Source: Limisphaerales bacterium (GTDB lineage Bacteria > Verrucomicrobiota > Verrucomicrobiia > Limisphaerales > CAIMTB01). From it: 64,000 bases of DNA. The translations under genes were made by a program, and so were the position numbers. The stretch lies in the NCBI GenBank assembly GCA_050250555.1, contig JBFWOK010000004.1:17526-81525 (forward strand), given 5' to 3'. Below, one piece after another: positions 1 to 9,569 of this stretch (position 1 is the first letter of the stretch; each line of letters begins with the position of its first letter). The notes beneath the pieces are model-generated. The model did not search any database, was not told the DNA's origin, and saw only the letters and a program-made list of their open reading frames with translations.

Positions 1-515
1 GTGCCTTCGCTCAGCGATCGCCGACGGGACGTCCACTGGGACCTCGAAAACGTCCGTTGCATGAGCGCGGTCACGGACGCCACCAGGAACGGGCCGGCGC
101 CGTCAGCGGACCGTTTCTCCAACTCATCGAGCGCGACCAACCGATCCGAGATGACGTCGACGTGCGGGAGCTTGGGCTCGTGCGGGAGGATCTCCCAGTC
201 GGGATAGAACAGGTGGGGACGCAATCCGCGGGCGGATGAGGGAAGCCAGGTCTGGACATCCTGGAAGGCGGCCTCCTGCGCCTTGAGTCCCTCGAGGACG
301 AGAACGACGGGCCGCGATGGAAACCAGCGGCGGATCAGCGCCGCCACGAAGGCCTGAGCGCCGGAGGAAACCCCGGTCCAGGACGACACACCGCCCTCCT
401 CCAATCGCGACCGGAAGCGCTGGAACGCGGGAGCATCGGCGACGGAGGCAACGAGGGAACCCGTTCCCTCCGCAAGAGGTCGTTCGCCCAAAGCGCCAGC
501 ATACTGGCTTCGCAC
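1..515 (-). CDS. mfd: transcription-repair coupling factor Mfd, N-terminal part. The gene runs off the left edge and is absent from the ORF track because no stop codon lies in the window.
   Basis: Own minus-strand translation has no stops: VRSQYAG...GVSSGAQAFVAALIRRWFPSRPVVLVLEGLKAQEAAFQDVQTWL...HLFYPDWEILPHEPKLPHVDVISDRLVALDELEKRS...FLVASVTALMQRT. This is the conserved Mfd N-terminal pattern (W-E-x-L-P...P-H-x-D-[IV]-I-S-x-R-L ... T-L-M-Q-R). The GTG start at 515 is tentative. Confidence 0.7.
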   Translation of the reverse strand, partial: MRSQYAGALGERPLAEGTGSLVASVADAPAFQRFRSRLEEGGVSSWTGVSSGAQAFVAALIRRWFPSRPVVLVLEGLKAQEAAFQDVQTWLPSSARGLRPHLFYPDWEILPHEPKLPHVDVISDRLVALDELEKRSADGAGPFLVASVTALMQRTFSRSQWTSRRRSLSEG

Positions 516-617
516 CCTCCCGGCTTGAAGTGCGAAATCGTCGTCGCCAGGTCGCCGCGCCGCGCCGCGTCTCGCCGTCCAGACCGTCGCTCGCGTCCCC
601 GACGATACCGACGTAGG

Positions 618-845
618 ATGGACGCCATGGACTGGCAACAGATCGCGGCGCTCGCGCTGGTCGGAGTCGTCCTCGGCACCGCCCTTTTCATCCGAAACCG
701 CCAACGGCGGTCCGGGCGCTGTGGAGCGGGCTGCTGCCCGACGACGCCACGAGCCGAGCTTCGCAATGCCGGATACGATGCCTCGTCCAAGGCTCACCCA
801 CACCCGGAACCCCAGTCCGTCCGACCGTCCGAAACCCGGAATTGA
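618..845 (+). CDS. small membrane protein with a Cys-rich tail (resembles the FeoB-associated Cys-rich membrane protein family)
   Basis: ATG at 618. MDAMDWQQIAALALVGVVLGTALFIRNRQRRSGRCGAGCC has one TM helix, a basic stretch and a CGxGCC motif. It is divergent from mfd. The C-terminal extension is atypical for the family. Confidence 0.4.
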   Translation: MDAMDWQQIAALALVGVVLGTALFIRNRQRRSGRCGAGCCPTTPRAELRNAGYDASSKAHPHPEPQSVRPSETRN

Positions 846-946
846 TCGAGCGGATCTCCGAATCACTCGAAATCCAACTGTTTTCGCGACCGGTTTCCGT
901 GTCTTGCGTGCTTCCACCCGGTGGCGTAGCCTACCGGCACTTGGGC

Positions 947-1360
947 ATGGCATCTTCGAAGATCAGCACCGCGGTCCATTTTGTGACGACGCGTCCGCAA
1001 TCCCCCATGAAGGCCACCGGGAGTGGAGTTTCCTGGGTGCCCAACATGGACGTCTTCACCCACGAAGGCGGAGTCGTCGTCAAAGCGGAACTCGCCGGAA
1101 TCCGTCGTGAGGACCTGACCCTCACGGTCGATGGCAAATGCCTCCGGATCCGGGGAATCCGTCGCGACTCGCCCCGCTCCTCGGAGACCCGATTCCTCAT
1201 GATGGAGATCGACTACGGCGCTTTCGAAGCCGCCGTCGAACTCCCCCCCGGCCTCGACATGGGAAGCGCCCGCGCCGCGTACCTGAATGGATTTCTCCGG
1301 GTCGAATTCTCCCGGGAAAACGCCGGTTCCTCGGGACCGCATCGGATCGAAGTCGGCTGA
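947..1360 (+). CDS. Hsp20/alpha-crystallin family small heat-shock protein
   Basis: Alpha-crystallin domain: WVPNMDVFTHEGGVVVKAELAGIRREDLTLTVDGKCLRIRGIRR...EIDYGAFEAAVELPPGLDMGSARAAYLNGFLRVEF. The start is ambiguous (ATG at 947 or 1007). Confidence 0.85.
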   Translation: MASSKISTAVHFVTTRPQSPMKATGSGVSWVPNMDVFTHEGGVVVKAELAGIRREDLTLTVDGKCLRIRGIRRDSPRSSETRFLMMEIDYGAFEAAVELPPGLDMGSARAAYLNGFLRVEFSRENAGSSGPHRIEVG

Positions 1361-1420
1361 TCCCGTTCTCTAGTCCTTCGCGCCCTCCCAAAACGACCCG
1401 ACACGCGGTCAAGATCCTGA

Positions 1421-3832
1421 ATGGGAGGCCTCGACACCGAGTTCATCAGTCTCGTCAAGGCCGGCGGCCTCGATGGTTCCGAGGAGGTCCGTCCCTCCGA
1501 TCTCCCGCCCGAACTCCCGGTCCTCGGTCTGACCGACATCGTCATCTTTCCAGGGAACGTCACTCCCCTCCTCGTCGATTCCGGTCCAAGCACGAAACTC
1601 GTTGATGACGTCGTTGCGGGCGATCGCTTCCTCTGTCTCACGCTTCAGAAGTCCCAGGAGATCAGCGAACCCGCCCCCGACGATCTCTTCGGCGTCGGCT
1701 GCGCGGCGAGGGTCCTCAAGATGCTCAAGTACCCGGACGGTGCCGCGCGCATCCTGGTCGAGGGCCTTCAACGGGTCCGGCTCGGCCGCTTCGCCACCCG
1801 GTCGCCCTACCTCCGGGCCCACGTCGCCGGGATGCCCGATCAAAGCGCCTCGACCCCCCGCGCCCAGGCCCGTTCCCGGGCCCTTTCCTCCCGGTTCCAG
1901 GAATTCCTGAAGGTGGCGCCTCCGGTCGGCGACCACATCAAGATGGCCGCCGCGAACGTCACGGAACCCGGGCGCCTGACGGACCTGATCTCGGGCGCGA
2001 TGAATTTTTCGCTACCCGAGAAGCAGCGCCTTCTCGAGACGGCTTCGGTCCTCGAACGTCTGTCGATCCTGGCCCCCCTGCTCGAGCGCGAGTTCGAGCT
2101 CACGTCGCTCGGGGCGAAGATCCAAGGGGAAGTCACCGGGACCCTCGCGAAAAGCCAGCGCGACTACTTCCTGCGGGAACAGATCCGAGTGATCCGCCGC
2201 GAGCTCGGCGAATCGGACCCGACGCAGGCCGAGTCGAACGCCCTCCGCGAACGCCTCGAAGAGGCGGACCTTCCGGAGGATGTCGCGCGAGTTGCCCGGC
2301 GCGAGTTTGATCGTCTGGCCTCCATCCCCGCGGCGGTCGCGGAACACACCGTCGTTCGGAACTACCTCGAGTGGATCCTGGATCTCCCCTGGAAAACCAC
2401 GACTCCCGACCGCCTCGATCTCGACGCCGCCTCGGCGCTCCTGGACCGGCACCACCACGGACTTCAGCACATCAAGGATCGACTGCTGGAATTCCTCGCG
2501 GTCATGCGGCTCAAGCCCGATTCACGGGCCCCGATCCTCTGCCTCGTGGGGCCTCCCGGCGTCGGCAAGACCTCGCTCGGCCGCAGCCTCGCGGAAGCGC
2601 TCGGCCGCAAGTTTGTCCGCATCGCCCTCGGAGGACTCCGTGATGAGGCCGAGATCCGCGGTCATCGCCGCACGTACGTCGCCGCCATGCCGGGGCGGAT
2701 CCTCCAGGCGTTCCGCCGCGCCGGAAGCCGCAACCCCGTCGTCCTTCTCGACGAAATCGACAAACTCGGCAGCGATTTCCGCGGCGACCCTTCCTCGGCC
2801 CTCCTGGAGGTGCTCGACCCCGAGCAGAACTCCGGCTTCGTCGACCATTACCTCGAGATTCCGTTCGACCTGTCCCGGGCGCTGTTCGTCACGACGGCGA
2901 ACTGGATGGAACCCGTTCCCCCGGCCCTCCGCGACCGCCTCGAAGTCATCGAAATCCCGAGTTACAGCGTCGACGAAAAGGTCCGCATCGCCCGCCGACA
3001 CCTTCTGCCCCGCCAGTTGAAGGAGCACGCGCTCTCGCCGAGGGACCTTTATATCAGCGCGGCCGCGGTCCGGCGCATCATCGAGGACTACACGAGGGAG
3101 GCGGGTGTCCGACAACTCGACCGCGAACTCGCCGCCATCCTCCGCAAGGCCGCGCGTCGGCTCGCCGGAAGCCGGAAGAGCCCCGGCGGAAAGGCCGGTG
3201 CCCGCATGGAAATCGACGAGGATTCCCTGCCCTCCCTCCTCGGCCCTCCGCGTTTCATCCGCGAGGACGCCACGGAGATCGGCCAGCCGGGTATCGCCCT
3301 CGGCCTGGCGTGGACTCCCGTTGGCGGCGAACTCCTCCACATCGAGGCGAGCCGGATGCCGGGTTCCGGCAAACTCCTTCTCACCGGTTCCCTCGGTGAA
3401 GTCATGAAAGAGAGCGCGCAAGCCGCCCTGAGTTTCCTCCGCAGCCAGCCCGCCTCCTCGAGAATCTCCCCCACCGACCACGAACGGTACGATCTCCACG
3501 TCCATGTCCCCTCCGGCGGCGTTCCGAAGGACGGACCCAGCGCCGGGCTGGCGGTCTGCATCGCCCTCGCTTCTCTTTTCACCGGCCGACACGCCCGCTC
3601 GCACACGGCGGTCACCGGGGAGATCAGCCTTCGCGGCCGGGTCCTGCCCGTGGGCGGCATCAAGGAAAAGATCCTCGCCGGCCATCGCCTCGGCATCCGC
3701 CGGATCATTCTCCCGGTCGGAAACCGGAAGGACCTCCCCGATCTCCCTCCGGAAGCCCTCGAACACATTCAACTCCTTTTTGTCCGAAACGTGGACGAAG
3801 CTCTCGATCAAGCCCTTTCCCCAGCACCGTGA
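1421..3832 (+). CDS. lon: ATP-dependent Lon protease (LonA type)
   Basis: Has an N-terminal LON domain, Walker A GPPGVGKTSLGRSLA, RGHRRTYVAAMPGRI, and a protease domain with PKDGPSAGLA (catalytic Ser) and GGIKEK. Confidence 0.97.
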   Translation: MGGLDTEFISLVKAGGLDGSEEVRPSDLPPELPVLGLTDIVIFPGNVTPLLVDSGPSTKLVDDVVAGDRFLCLTLQKSQEISEPAPDDLFGVGCAARVLKMLKYPDGAARILVEGLQRVRLGRFATRSPYLRAHVAGMPDQSASTPRAQARSRALSSRFQEFLKVAPPVGDHIKMAAANVTEPGRLTDLISGAMNFSLPEKQRLLETASVLERLSILAPLLEREFELTSLGAKIQGEVTGTLAKSQRDYFLREQIRVIRRELGESDPTQAESNALRERLEEADLPEDVARVARREFDRLASIPAAVAEHTVVRNYLEWILDLPWKTTTPDRLDLDAASALLDRHHHGLQHIKDRLLEFLAVMRLKPDSRAPILCLVGPPGVGKTSLGRSLAEALGRKFVRIALGGLRDEAEIRGHRRTYVAAMPGRILQAFRRAGSRNPVVLLDEIDKLGSDFRGDPSSALLEVLDPEQNSGFVDHYLEIPFDLSRALFVTTANWMEPVPPALRDRLEVIEIPSYSVDEKVRIARRHLLPRQLKEHALSPRDLYISAAAVRRIIEDYTREAGVRQLDRELAAILRKAARRLAGSRKSPGGKAGARMEIDEDSLPSLLGPPRFIREDATEIGQPGIALGLAWTPVGGELLHIEASRMPGSGKLLLTGSLGEVMKESAQAALSFLRSQPASSRISPTDHERYDLHVHVPSGGVPKDGPSAGLAVCIALASLFTGRHARSHTAVTGEISLRGRVLPVGGIKEKILAGHRLGIRRIILPVGNRKDLPDLPPEALEHIQLLFVRNVDEALDQALSPAP

Positions 3833-4659
3833 CACCCTCTTTCCTCCCACATCGCCCGTCCGCAAGCCGCTATCTCGCAGGCGCCCTCGCCATCCTCGCC
3901 GTCGCCGGATCCGCCCTTCGCGCCCCGGGCGCCGATCGTCGAGCCGAAAAAGCCGCGCAGGAAGGCCGCGCCCTCGCCGCCGCCATCCGGGACCAGCGCC
4001 CCGCGCAACCCACGGTGTCGAAGGGCAATCTGAAGGTCCGTCATGCCGACGGTCGCCGCCTTTCCGTTCCCGTCGAAGTCCGAGCCGAACTCGGCACCAA
4101 TTCCTTCCCTTGGACCACCGTCTACGAGGCGCGCTTCCCGGACGGACGCCGCGAAACCCTGCGCGTCGTCAATCTCTCGGACGCGATGCCCCATTTCATC
4201 CTCCATCGCGCCGGCGGCGACGGAAACGTCACCGAAATCCGGCCCCAGCGGCCCGACGAAATGTTCATCGCCTTCGCGGGAACGGATTTCTGGTTCGTCG
4301 ACCTCGGGATGACGTTCCTTCACTGGCCTGACCAGAAGGTCACCGGGCGCGAAACGCGGCGCACCCGCCGGTGCCAGGTCCTCGAAAGCCTCAACCCGCT
4401 TCCCGCCCCAGGCGCCTACAAACGCGTGGTGACCTGGGTTGACGAGGAAACGGGCGGGATCGTCCGCGCCGAGGCCTACGACGCGAACGACAAGCCGCTC
4501 AAGGAGTTTTCCCCCGGCAGTTTCGCCCGGGTCGGCGCCCGCTACGAACTCCGGGATATGGAGATCCGGAACGTCCAGACCGACTCCCGTACGACGCTCC
4601 AGTTCGAAGTCGATGACCCGGAGAAACTGGGCGTGAAACACCTTCCCACCAGCCGCTGA
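3829..4659 (+). CDS. outer-membrane lipoprotein-sorting (LolA-like) family protein, secreted
   Basis: The GTG start overlaps the lon stop (GTGA). Has a signal peptide (LAGALAILAVAGSALRA). The FAGTDFWFVDLGMTFLHW and YELRDMEIRN pattern is typical of LolA-like fold proteins encoded next to ABC exporters. Confidence 0.55.
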   Translation: MTPSFLPHRPSASRYLAGALAILAVAGSALRAPGADRRAEKAAQEGRALAAAIRDQRPAQPTVSKGNLKVRHADGRRLSVPVEVRAELGTNSFPWTTVYEARFPDGRRETLRVVNLSDAMPHFILHRAGGDGNVTEIRPQRPDEMFIAFAGTDFWFVDLGMTFLHWPDQKVTGRETRRTRRCQVLESLNPLPAPGAYKRVVTWVDEETGGIVRAEAYDANDKPLKEFSPGSFARVGARYELRDMEIRNVQTDSRTTLQFEVDDPEKLGVKHLPTSR

Positions 4660-4682
4660 CCCGGCCCCGCTGTTTCGTTCCC

Positions 4683-5582
4683 ATGAACGCCGTCGAACTC
4701 GACGAAGTCACGAAGGCGTTCCGGAACAACATCGCCGTCGACAACCTCAGTCTCGGCGTCCCCGCGCAATCCATTTACGGCTTCATCGGACCCAACGGCT
4801 CCGGCAAGACCACGACGCTCCGGATGATTCTCCGGATCCTCCCGCCCGATCGCGGCACGATCCGCGTCCTGGGATGTGAACAACGCGACGCCGTCTCGGG
4901 CCAGATCGGTTACCTCCCGGAGGAACGCGGACTCTACAAGCGCATGCGGGTCCGGCCCATGCTCCGATTCTACGGCGAGTTGAAGTCCGGTCGCCGGGTC
5001 GACACCGAAATCGAAACCTGGCTTCGCCGTCTCGACCTCGTCGAGCACGCCGACAAAAAGATCGAGGCGCTCAGCAAGGGCAGCGCCCAGCGCGTCCAGT
5101 TCATCGCCGCCGTCCTCGCCAGCCCGGATCTTGTCATTCTCGACGAACCGTTCAGCGGTCTCGACCCGGTCCACGCCGAACTCCTCCGCGCCGCCATCCT
5201 CGACCTGCGCCGCCAGGGAACCACTGTGATCCTGAGCACCCACGACATGGCCCTGGCCGAGCAGATGTGCGATTTCGTGTTCATGATCTTCCGCGGCCGC
5301 AAGGTCCTCGACGGCACGCTCGCGTCGATCCAAGCCCACTACGGCTCCGACACCATCCGCGTCCGAACACCCGTCGAAGCCGCCGCACTGGCGCTCCTCC
5401 CGGGCGTCGAGTCCGTGCGGGACCTGGGTCAACGGAGCGAACTCCGTCTCCAACCCGGGGCGGATCCCCAGTCGATCCTGCGGAGCCTCTTCGCCGCGGG
5501 CCGCGTCGACAGCTTCGAGGTCGCCCAACCCTCCCTCCACGACATCTTCGTCCGCATCGCCGGCTGTCCCCAATCCAACTGA
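4683..5582 (+). CDS. ABC transporter ATP-binding protein (ABC-2 exporter type)
   Basis: Walker A GPNGSGKTTTLRM, signature LSKGSAQRV, Walker B VILDEPFSGLDP. Confidence 0.9.
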   Translation: MNAVELDEVTKAFRNNIAVDNLSLGVPAQSIYGFIGPNGSGKTTTLRMILRILPPDRGTIRVLGCEQRDAVSGQIGYLPEERGLYKRMRVRPMLRFYGELKSGRRVDTEIETWLRRLDLVEHADKKIEALSKGSAQRVQFIAAVLASPDLVILDEPFSGLDPVHAELLRAAILDLRRQGTTVILSTHDMALAEQMCDFVFMIFRGRKVLDGTLASIQAHYGSDTIRVRTPVEAAALALLPGVESVRDLGQRSELRLQPGADPQSILRSLFAAGRVDSFEVAQPSLHDIFVRIAGCPQSN

Positions 5583-5586
5583 ATCG

Positions 5587-6894
5587 ATGATCGGCCGAAT
5601 CCTCCGCATCGCCCGCCGGGACTACATCGCGGCCGTGTTCACCAAGGGCTTCCTGATTGGCCTGGTCCTCGCACCCCTCCTCATGGGTGGCGGCCTCTTG
5701 GCAATACCCTTGATGAAACACACGGAGCCCGCGGAGCGCCGGCTCGTGATCCTTGATCCTTCCGGAACCCTCGCGGAGCCCCTGACCCAGGCGGCCGCGC
5801 AGCGGGTCGGTTCCGGCCCCGGAGGCTCCCGCAAAGGTCCCGAACTGAAGCTCGAATTCCTTTCCCCGGAAACCAACGATGCCCCGGACCGCCAGCGCCT
5901 GACGCTCGCCGACCGCGTCCGCTCGGGCTCGGTCCACGCCTTCGTCGAGGTCTCACCCGAGGTCTTTCAGGCATCGTCGGGTTCCTCCCGGACGTCCATT
6001 CAGTACTTCGCCCGGAGTTCGGTCATGGACGAAACCCGGGGTTGGATCGAGCAGACTCTCAACCAGGAACTCCGCAGGCGGCGTTTCGATGCCGCCGGCA
6101 TTGGCGCCGACCAACGCAAAGCGCTCGAAGCCTGGTTCAACGTCCAGGGGATGACGCTCCCATCCCGGGACCAGGCCACCGGCGAAGTGAAGGCGGCCCG
6201 CAGGGAGAACGAATTGGCCACCGTCGGCGTCCCCATGGCGGCCATCCTCGCCATGATGATGCTCGTGATGATGGGCGCGCTGCCGCTCCTCCAGAGCGTG
6301 CTCGAGGAGAAATCCCAGCGCATCGCCGAAGTCCTCCTCGGCTGCGCGTCGCCCTGGGAAATCATGGCCGGCAAACTCCTCGGCGGCGTCGGCGTCACCC
6401 TCACGGCCATGGTGTTCTACGGAGGAGCCGGCGGCCTCGCCCTCGGATCCCTCGCCGTCTCCGGTGTCGTTCCCCTGGGGGTCCTTCCCTGGTTCCTCGT
6501 GTACGGAATTTCGGCGGTGCTTCTCTACGGATCCGCCGCCGTCGCCCTCGGATCCGCCTGCAGCGACGCCAAGGACGCGCAGCATCTTCAGATGCCCGTG
6601 ATGATGCCCCTCCTGATCCCCGTCATGGTGATGATGCCCATTCTCAAGGAACCCCACAGCACCCTCGCCACCGCGCTGTCCCTCTTCCCCCCGTTCACTC
6701 CCCTGGTCATGGTCCTCCGCCTCGCAGCACCCGGCGGCGTCCCCGCCTGGCAGAATTGGATTGGAGTGGTCGGCGTCCTCGTCACAACCGCGTTCACGCT
6801 GTGGATCGCCGGCAGGATCTTCCGCGTCGGCATCCTCCTCCAGGGAAAGGCGCCGAAGTTCTCCGAGATCCTCCGATGGGGACTTCGCGGCTGA
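5587..6894 (+). CDS. ABC-2 family transporter permease
   Basis: Starts 5 nt after the ATPase gene. Has an N-terminal TM helix, a large extracytoplasmic loop and about 5 C-terminal TM helices (MAAILAMMMLVMMGALPLL..., VMMPLLIPVMVMMPIL...). Confidence 0.75.
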   Translation: MIGRILRIARRDYIAAVFTKGFLIGLVLAPLLMGGGLLAIPLMKHTEPAERRLVILDPSGTLAEPLTQAAAQRVGSGPGGSRKGPELKLEFLSPETNDAPDRQRLTLADRVRSGSVHAFVEVSPEVFQASSGSSRTSIQYFARSSVMDETRGWIEQTLNQELRRRRFDAAGIGADQRKALEAWFNVQGMTLPSRDQATGEVKAARRENELATVGVPMAAILAMMMLVMMGALPLLQSVLEEKSQRIAEVLLGCASPWEIMAGKLLGGVGVTLTAMVFYGGAGGLALGSLAVSGVVPLGVLPWFLVYGISAVLLYGSAAVALGSACSDAKDAQHLQMPVMMPLLIPVMVMMPILKEPHSTLATALSLFPPFTPLVMVLRLAAPGGVPAWQNWIGVVGVLVTTAFTLWIAGRIFRVGILLQGKAPKFSEILRWGLRG

Positions 6895-7025
6895 TCTTGA
6901 TCCACCATCGAGCCGTCCGTCAGATGGAGTCGGAACGGGACGAACGGCCGGGCTTGAAGCAGACCACGGAGGTACTTCGTGGTAAGCGTCATATTTTTCC
7001 CTGTGTGAACAACGTAAGGATCGAA

Positions 7026-8015
7026 TCAGGCCGGAATCAGTTCCTTCACCAACTCCCGTTCCTCCTTCAGTTCATTCACCGTGCCGTCGATCTTGCCCTG
7101 GGCGAATTCGTTGATCGGAAGCCCTTCGACGACTTCGAGCTTCTTGCCGTCGCTGCGGATCGGGAACGAACAGATCAGTCCCTTGTCGATGCCGTAGGCA
7201 CCCTGCGACGCGACGCAGACGCTGGTCCAATCGCCGTCGGGAGTCGGGTTCACGACCGATCGCACCGTGTCGACCACGGCGTTGGCCGCGCTGGCCGCCG
7301 AAGACGCGCCGCGCGCCTTGATGATCGCGGCGCCGCGCTGTTGGACGGTCGCGATGAATTCGCCATGGAGCCATTCGTGATGGCCGATGACGTCCGTGAC
7401 GGGTCGGCCATGAATCTTCCCGTTGTAGAAGTCCGGGTACATCGTCGAACTGTGGTTGCCCCACACCGCGAGATTCGTGACGGCCGTGATGTCGACGCCG
7501 GCTTTCTTCGCGAGCTGGGTCTTGGCGCGATTCTCGTCGAGACGCGTCATCGCGAGCCACCGATCCGCGGGGACGCTCCGCGCATTGTTCATCGCGATCA
7601 GACAGTTCGTGTTGCACGGATTTCCAACCACCAGGATGCGCACGTCGCTGGCGGCGCTGGCCTGGATGGCCTTGCCTTGCCCTGTGAAGATCTTTCCGTT
7701 GATCCCGAGCAGGTCCTTCCGCTCCATCCCTTGTTTGCGGGGAACCGACCCGACCAGGAGCGCCCAGTTCACGCCCTTGAAGCCTTCGTTCAGATCCGCC
7801 GTCGGCACGACTCCCTTCAGGAGCGGGAACGCGCAGTCGTCGAGTTCCATGACAACCCCCTGGAGCGCGGGCAGCGCCGGTTCGATCTCGATCAGGTGAA
7901 GGATCACCGGCTGGTTCGGACCGAACATCGCGCCGGATGCGATTCGGAAGAGGAGGGAATAGCCGATCTGACCGGCGGCTCCGGTGACGGCGACGCGAAG
8001 GGGGGATGGATTCAT
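7026..8015 (-). CDS. mdh: malate dehydrogenase (NAD-dependent, LDH-like type 2)
   Basis: [28 protein letters not shown] (Rossmann GxxGxxG), VVGNPCNTN and MTRLDENRA motifs. The ATG at 8015 was chosen inside the longer track ORF. Confidence 0.95.
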   Translation of the reverse strand: MNPSPLRVAVTGAAGQIGYSLLFRIASGAMFGPNQPVILHLIEIEPALPALQGVVMELDDCAFPLLKGVVPTADLNEGFKGVNWALLVGSVPRKQGMERKDLLGINGKIFTGQGKAIQASAASDVRILVVGNPCNTNCLIAMNNARSVPADRWLAMTRLDENRAKTQLAKKAGVDITAVTNLAVWGNHSSTMYPDFYNGKIHGRPVTDVIGHHEWLHGEFIATVQQRGAAIIKARGASSAASAANAVVDTVRSVVNPTPDGDWTSVCVASQGAYGIDKGLICSFPIRSDGKKLEVVEGLPINEFAQGKIDGTVNELKEERELVKELIPA

Positions 8016-8196
8016 GGCGTGGCTGGATTCTGTTTCGATACGATTCGATTCGATTCTGAAAACGTCGAGCCCGAGCATGCCGGGCTTTCACCGGTCCCGG
8101 CAAGCGCGCGCCCCCGGGCATCAGGCCTCGCGACCCATCGGATAAGGCGATCTTGAGGTTCCACCCCGAACCCGGGTCGGGTAGGCTCCCCCGGCC

Positions 8197-9528
8197 ATGC
8201 GGTTTCGGTTCCTCGCCCTCGCGGTCCTGCTCGCAACGCCGGGAACCCCCGCCGCCAACCCCCCGACCGGCGCCGGCCTCCCGCTCGTCATCCTTTCCCC
8301 GCACAACGAGGCCATTCGCGAGGAGTTCGAACGCGGATTCTCCCGCTGGCACGCGGCGCGCCACGGGGAAACCGTCGACATCGACTGGCGCATCGTCGGG
8401 GGCTCGTCGGAGTCCATCCGCTTCGTTCAATCCGAGTTTTCACGCAAACCGGACGGCATCGGGATCGACCTCTTCTTCGGCGGCGGCCAGGAACCCTACT
8501 ACGAACTGGCCGACAAACGCCTCGCCGATCCTTACCGCCTCCCGCCCCCGATCCTCGACGGGCTCGCGAAGGACGTCGCCGGGATCGAACTGCGCGCGCC
8601 CGACTTCGCGTGGTACGGCGCGGCGATCTCCACCTTCGGAATCCTCCAAAACCTCCGTGTCCAGTCGCTCGCCCGGCTTCCCGCGATCGAACGTTGGGCC
8701 GACCTCGCCCGGCCCGATCTCCAGGGATGGGTCGGAGCCGGCGATCCCCGCGGCAGCGGAACCATGCTGGTGATGTTCGAGTCCTTCCTCCAGGCGCGCG
8801 GATGGGACGACGGCTGGAGCCTCCTGACCCGCCTCGCCGGTAACACCCGCCGATTCGACCGCATCTCCTCCACAACCGCCAAGGATGCCGCGGTCGGCGA
8901 AACAGCCTACGCGCTGGCGATCGATTTCTACGCGTTCACCCAGATCGCGGCGGCGGGCCGGACCAACCTGTCCTTCCTGCTCCCGCTGGATTTCGCCGCC
9001 CTCAATCCCGACGGAATCGCCATCCTCCGCGGAGCGCCCCACAGGGACCTCGCCCGGCGATTCCTCGAATACACGCTGTCCGACGACGGACAGAAGCTCT
9101 GGCTCCTGCCCAAGGGCCATCCCGAGGGCCCTTCACGACATTCCATCGAACGAATGCCCGTCCGGCCGGCCCTCTACGCCGAGTATCGCGACGTGAGCAA
9201 CATCGGCCCGTCACCCTTCCACCTCCCAGCCGGATTCCGCTACGACGCCCGCCTCGCCCAGCAACGGCGCGGCGTCGTCGCCACCCTCGCCGGCGCCATT
9301 CTCGTCGACGTCCACGACGACCTTCAGACGGCCTGGAAGTCCGTGATCCGAAGAGGCCTCCCCCCCGGCGACGTCGCGGAACTCGGCCGCGTCCCAATCA
9401 CGGAAGCCCAGGCCCGCGAACTCTCCGGAACACCCTGGCGCGACCCCGCGACCCGCCACGCTCGGAAGACCGAGTGGCAGATCTGGGCCCGCGACAAATA
9501 CCGGTCGATCGCGTCGTCCCGGCCTTGA
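8197..9528 (+). CDS. ABC transporter periplasmic substrate-binding protein (Fe3+/polyamine-type family 1)
   Basis: Signal peptide MRFRFLALAVLLATPGTPAA, followed by VILSPHNEAIREEFERGF...LFFGGGQEPY, typical of AfuA/FbpA/PotD-like binding proteins. Confidence 0.7.
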   Translation: MRFRFLALAVLLATPGTPAANPPTGAGLPLVILSPHNEAIREEFERGFSRWHAARHGETVDIDWRIVGGSSESIRFVQSEFSRKPDGIGIDLFFGGGQEPYYELADKRLADPYRLPPPILDGLAKDVAGIELRAPDFAWYGAAISTFGILQNLRVQSLARLPAIERWADLARPDLQGWVGAGDPRGSGTMLVMFESFLQARGWDDGWSLLTRLAGNTRRFDRISSTTAKDAAVGETAYALAIDFYAFTQIAAAGRTNLSFLLPLDFAALNPDGIAILRGAPHRDLARRFLEYTLSDDGQKLWLLPKGHPEGPSRHSIERMPVRPALYAEYRDVSNIGPSPFHLPAGFRYDARLAQQRRGVVATLAGAILVDVHDDLQTAWKSVIRRGLPPGDVAELGRVPITEAQARELSGTPWRDPATRHARKTEWQIWARDKYRSIASSRP

Positions 9529-9569
9529 GCCCGACCTCCCACTGCCGGATCCTCACCCCACGACACGCC

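Noticed and set aside
6963-6983. Hairpin accacg-N9-cgtggt between the convergent permease and mdh genes, considered as a bidirectional terminator
   Set aside because: The stem is only 6 bp and has no adjacent U-tract, which is too weak to call.
6042-8156. 704-aa + strand ORF
   Set aside because: It runs out of frame through the ABC-2 permease gene and antisense through mdh. Its translation is Arg/Pro/His-rich.
8080-8196. Riboswitch or leader upstream of the ABC binding-protein gene
   Set aside because: I could identify no conserved riboswitch core (for example TPP ctgaga).
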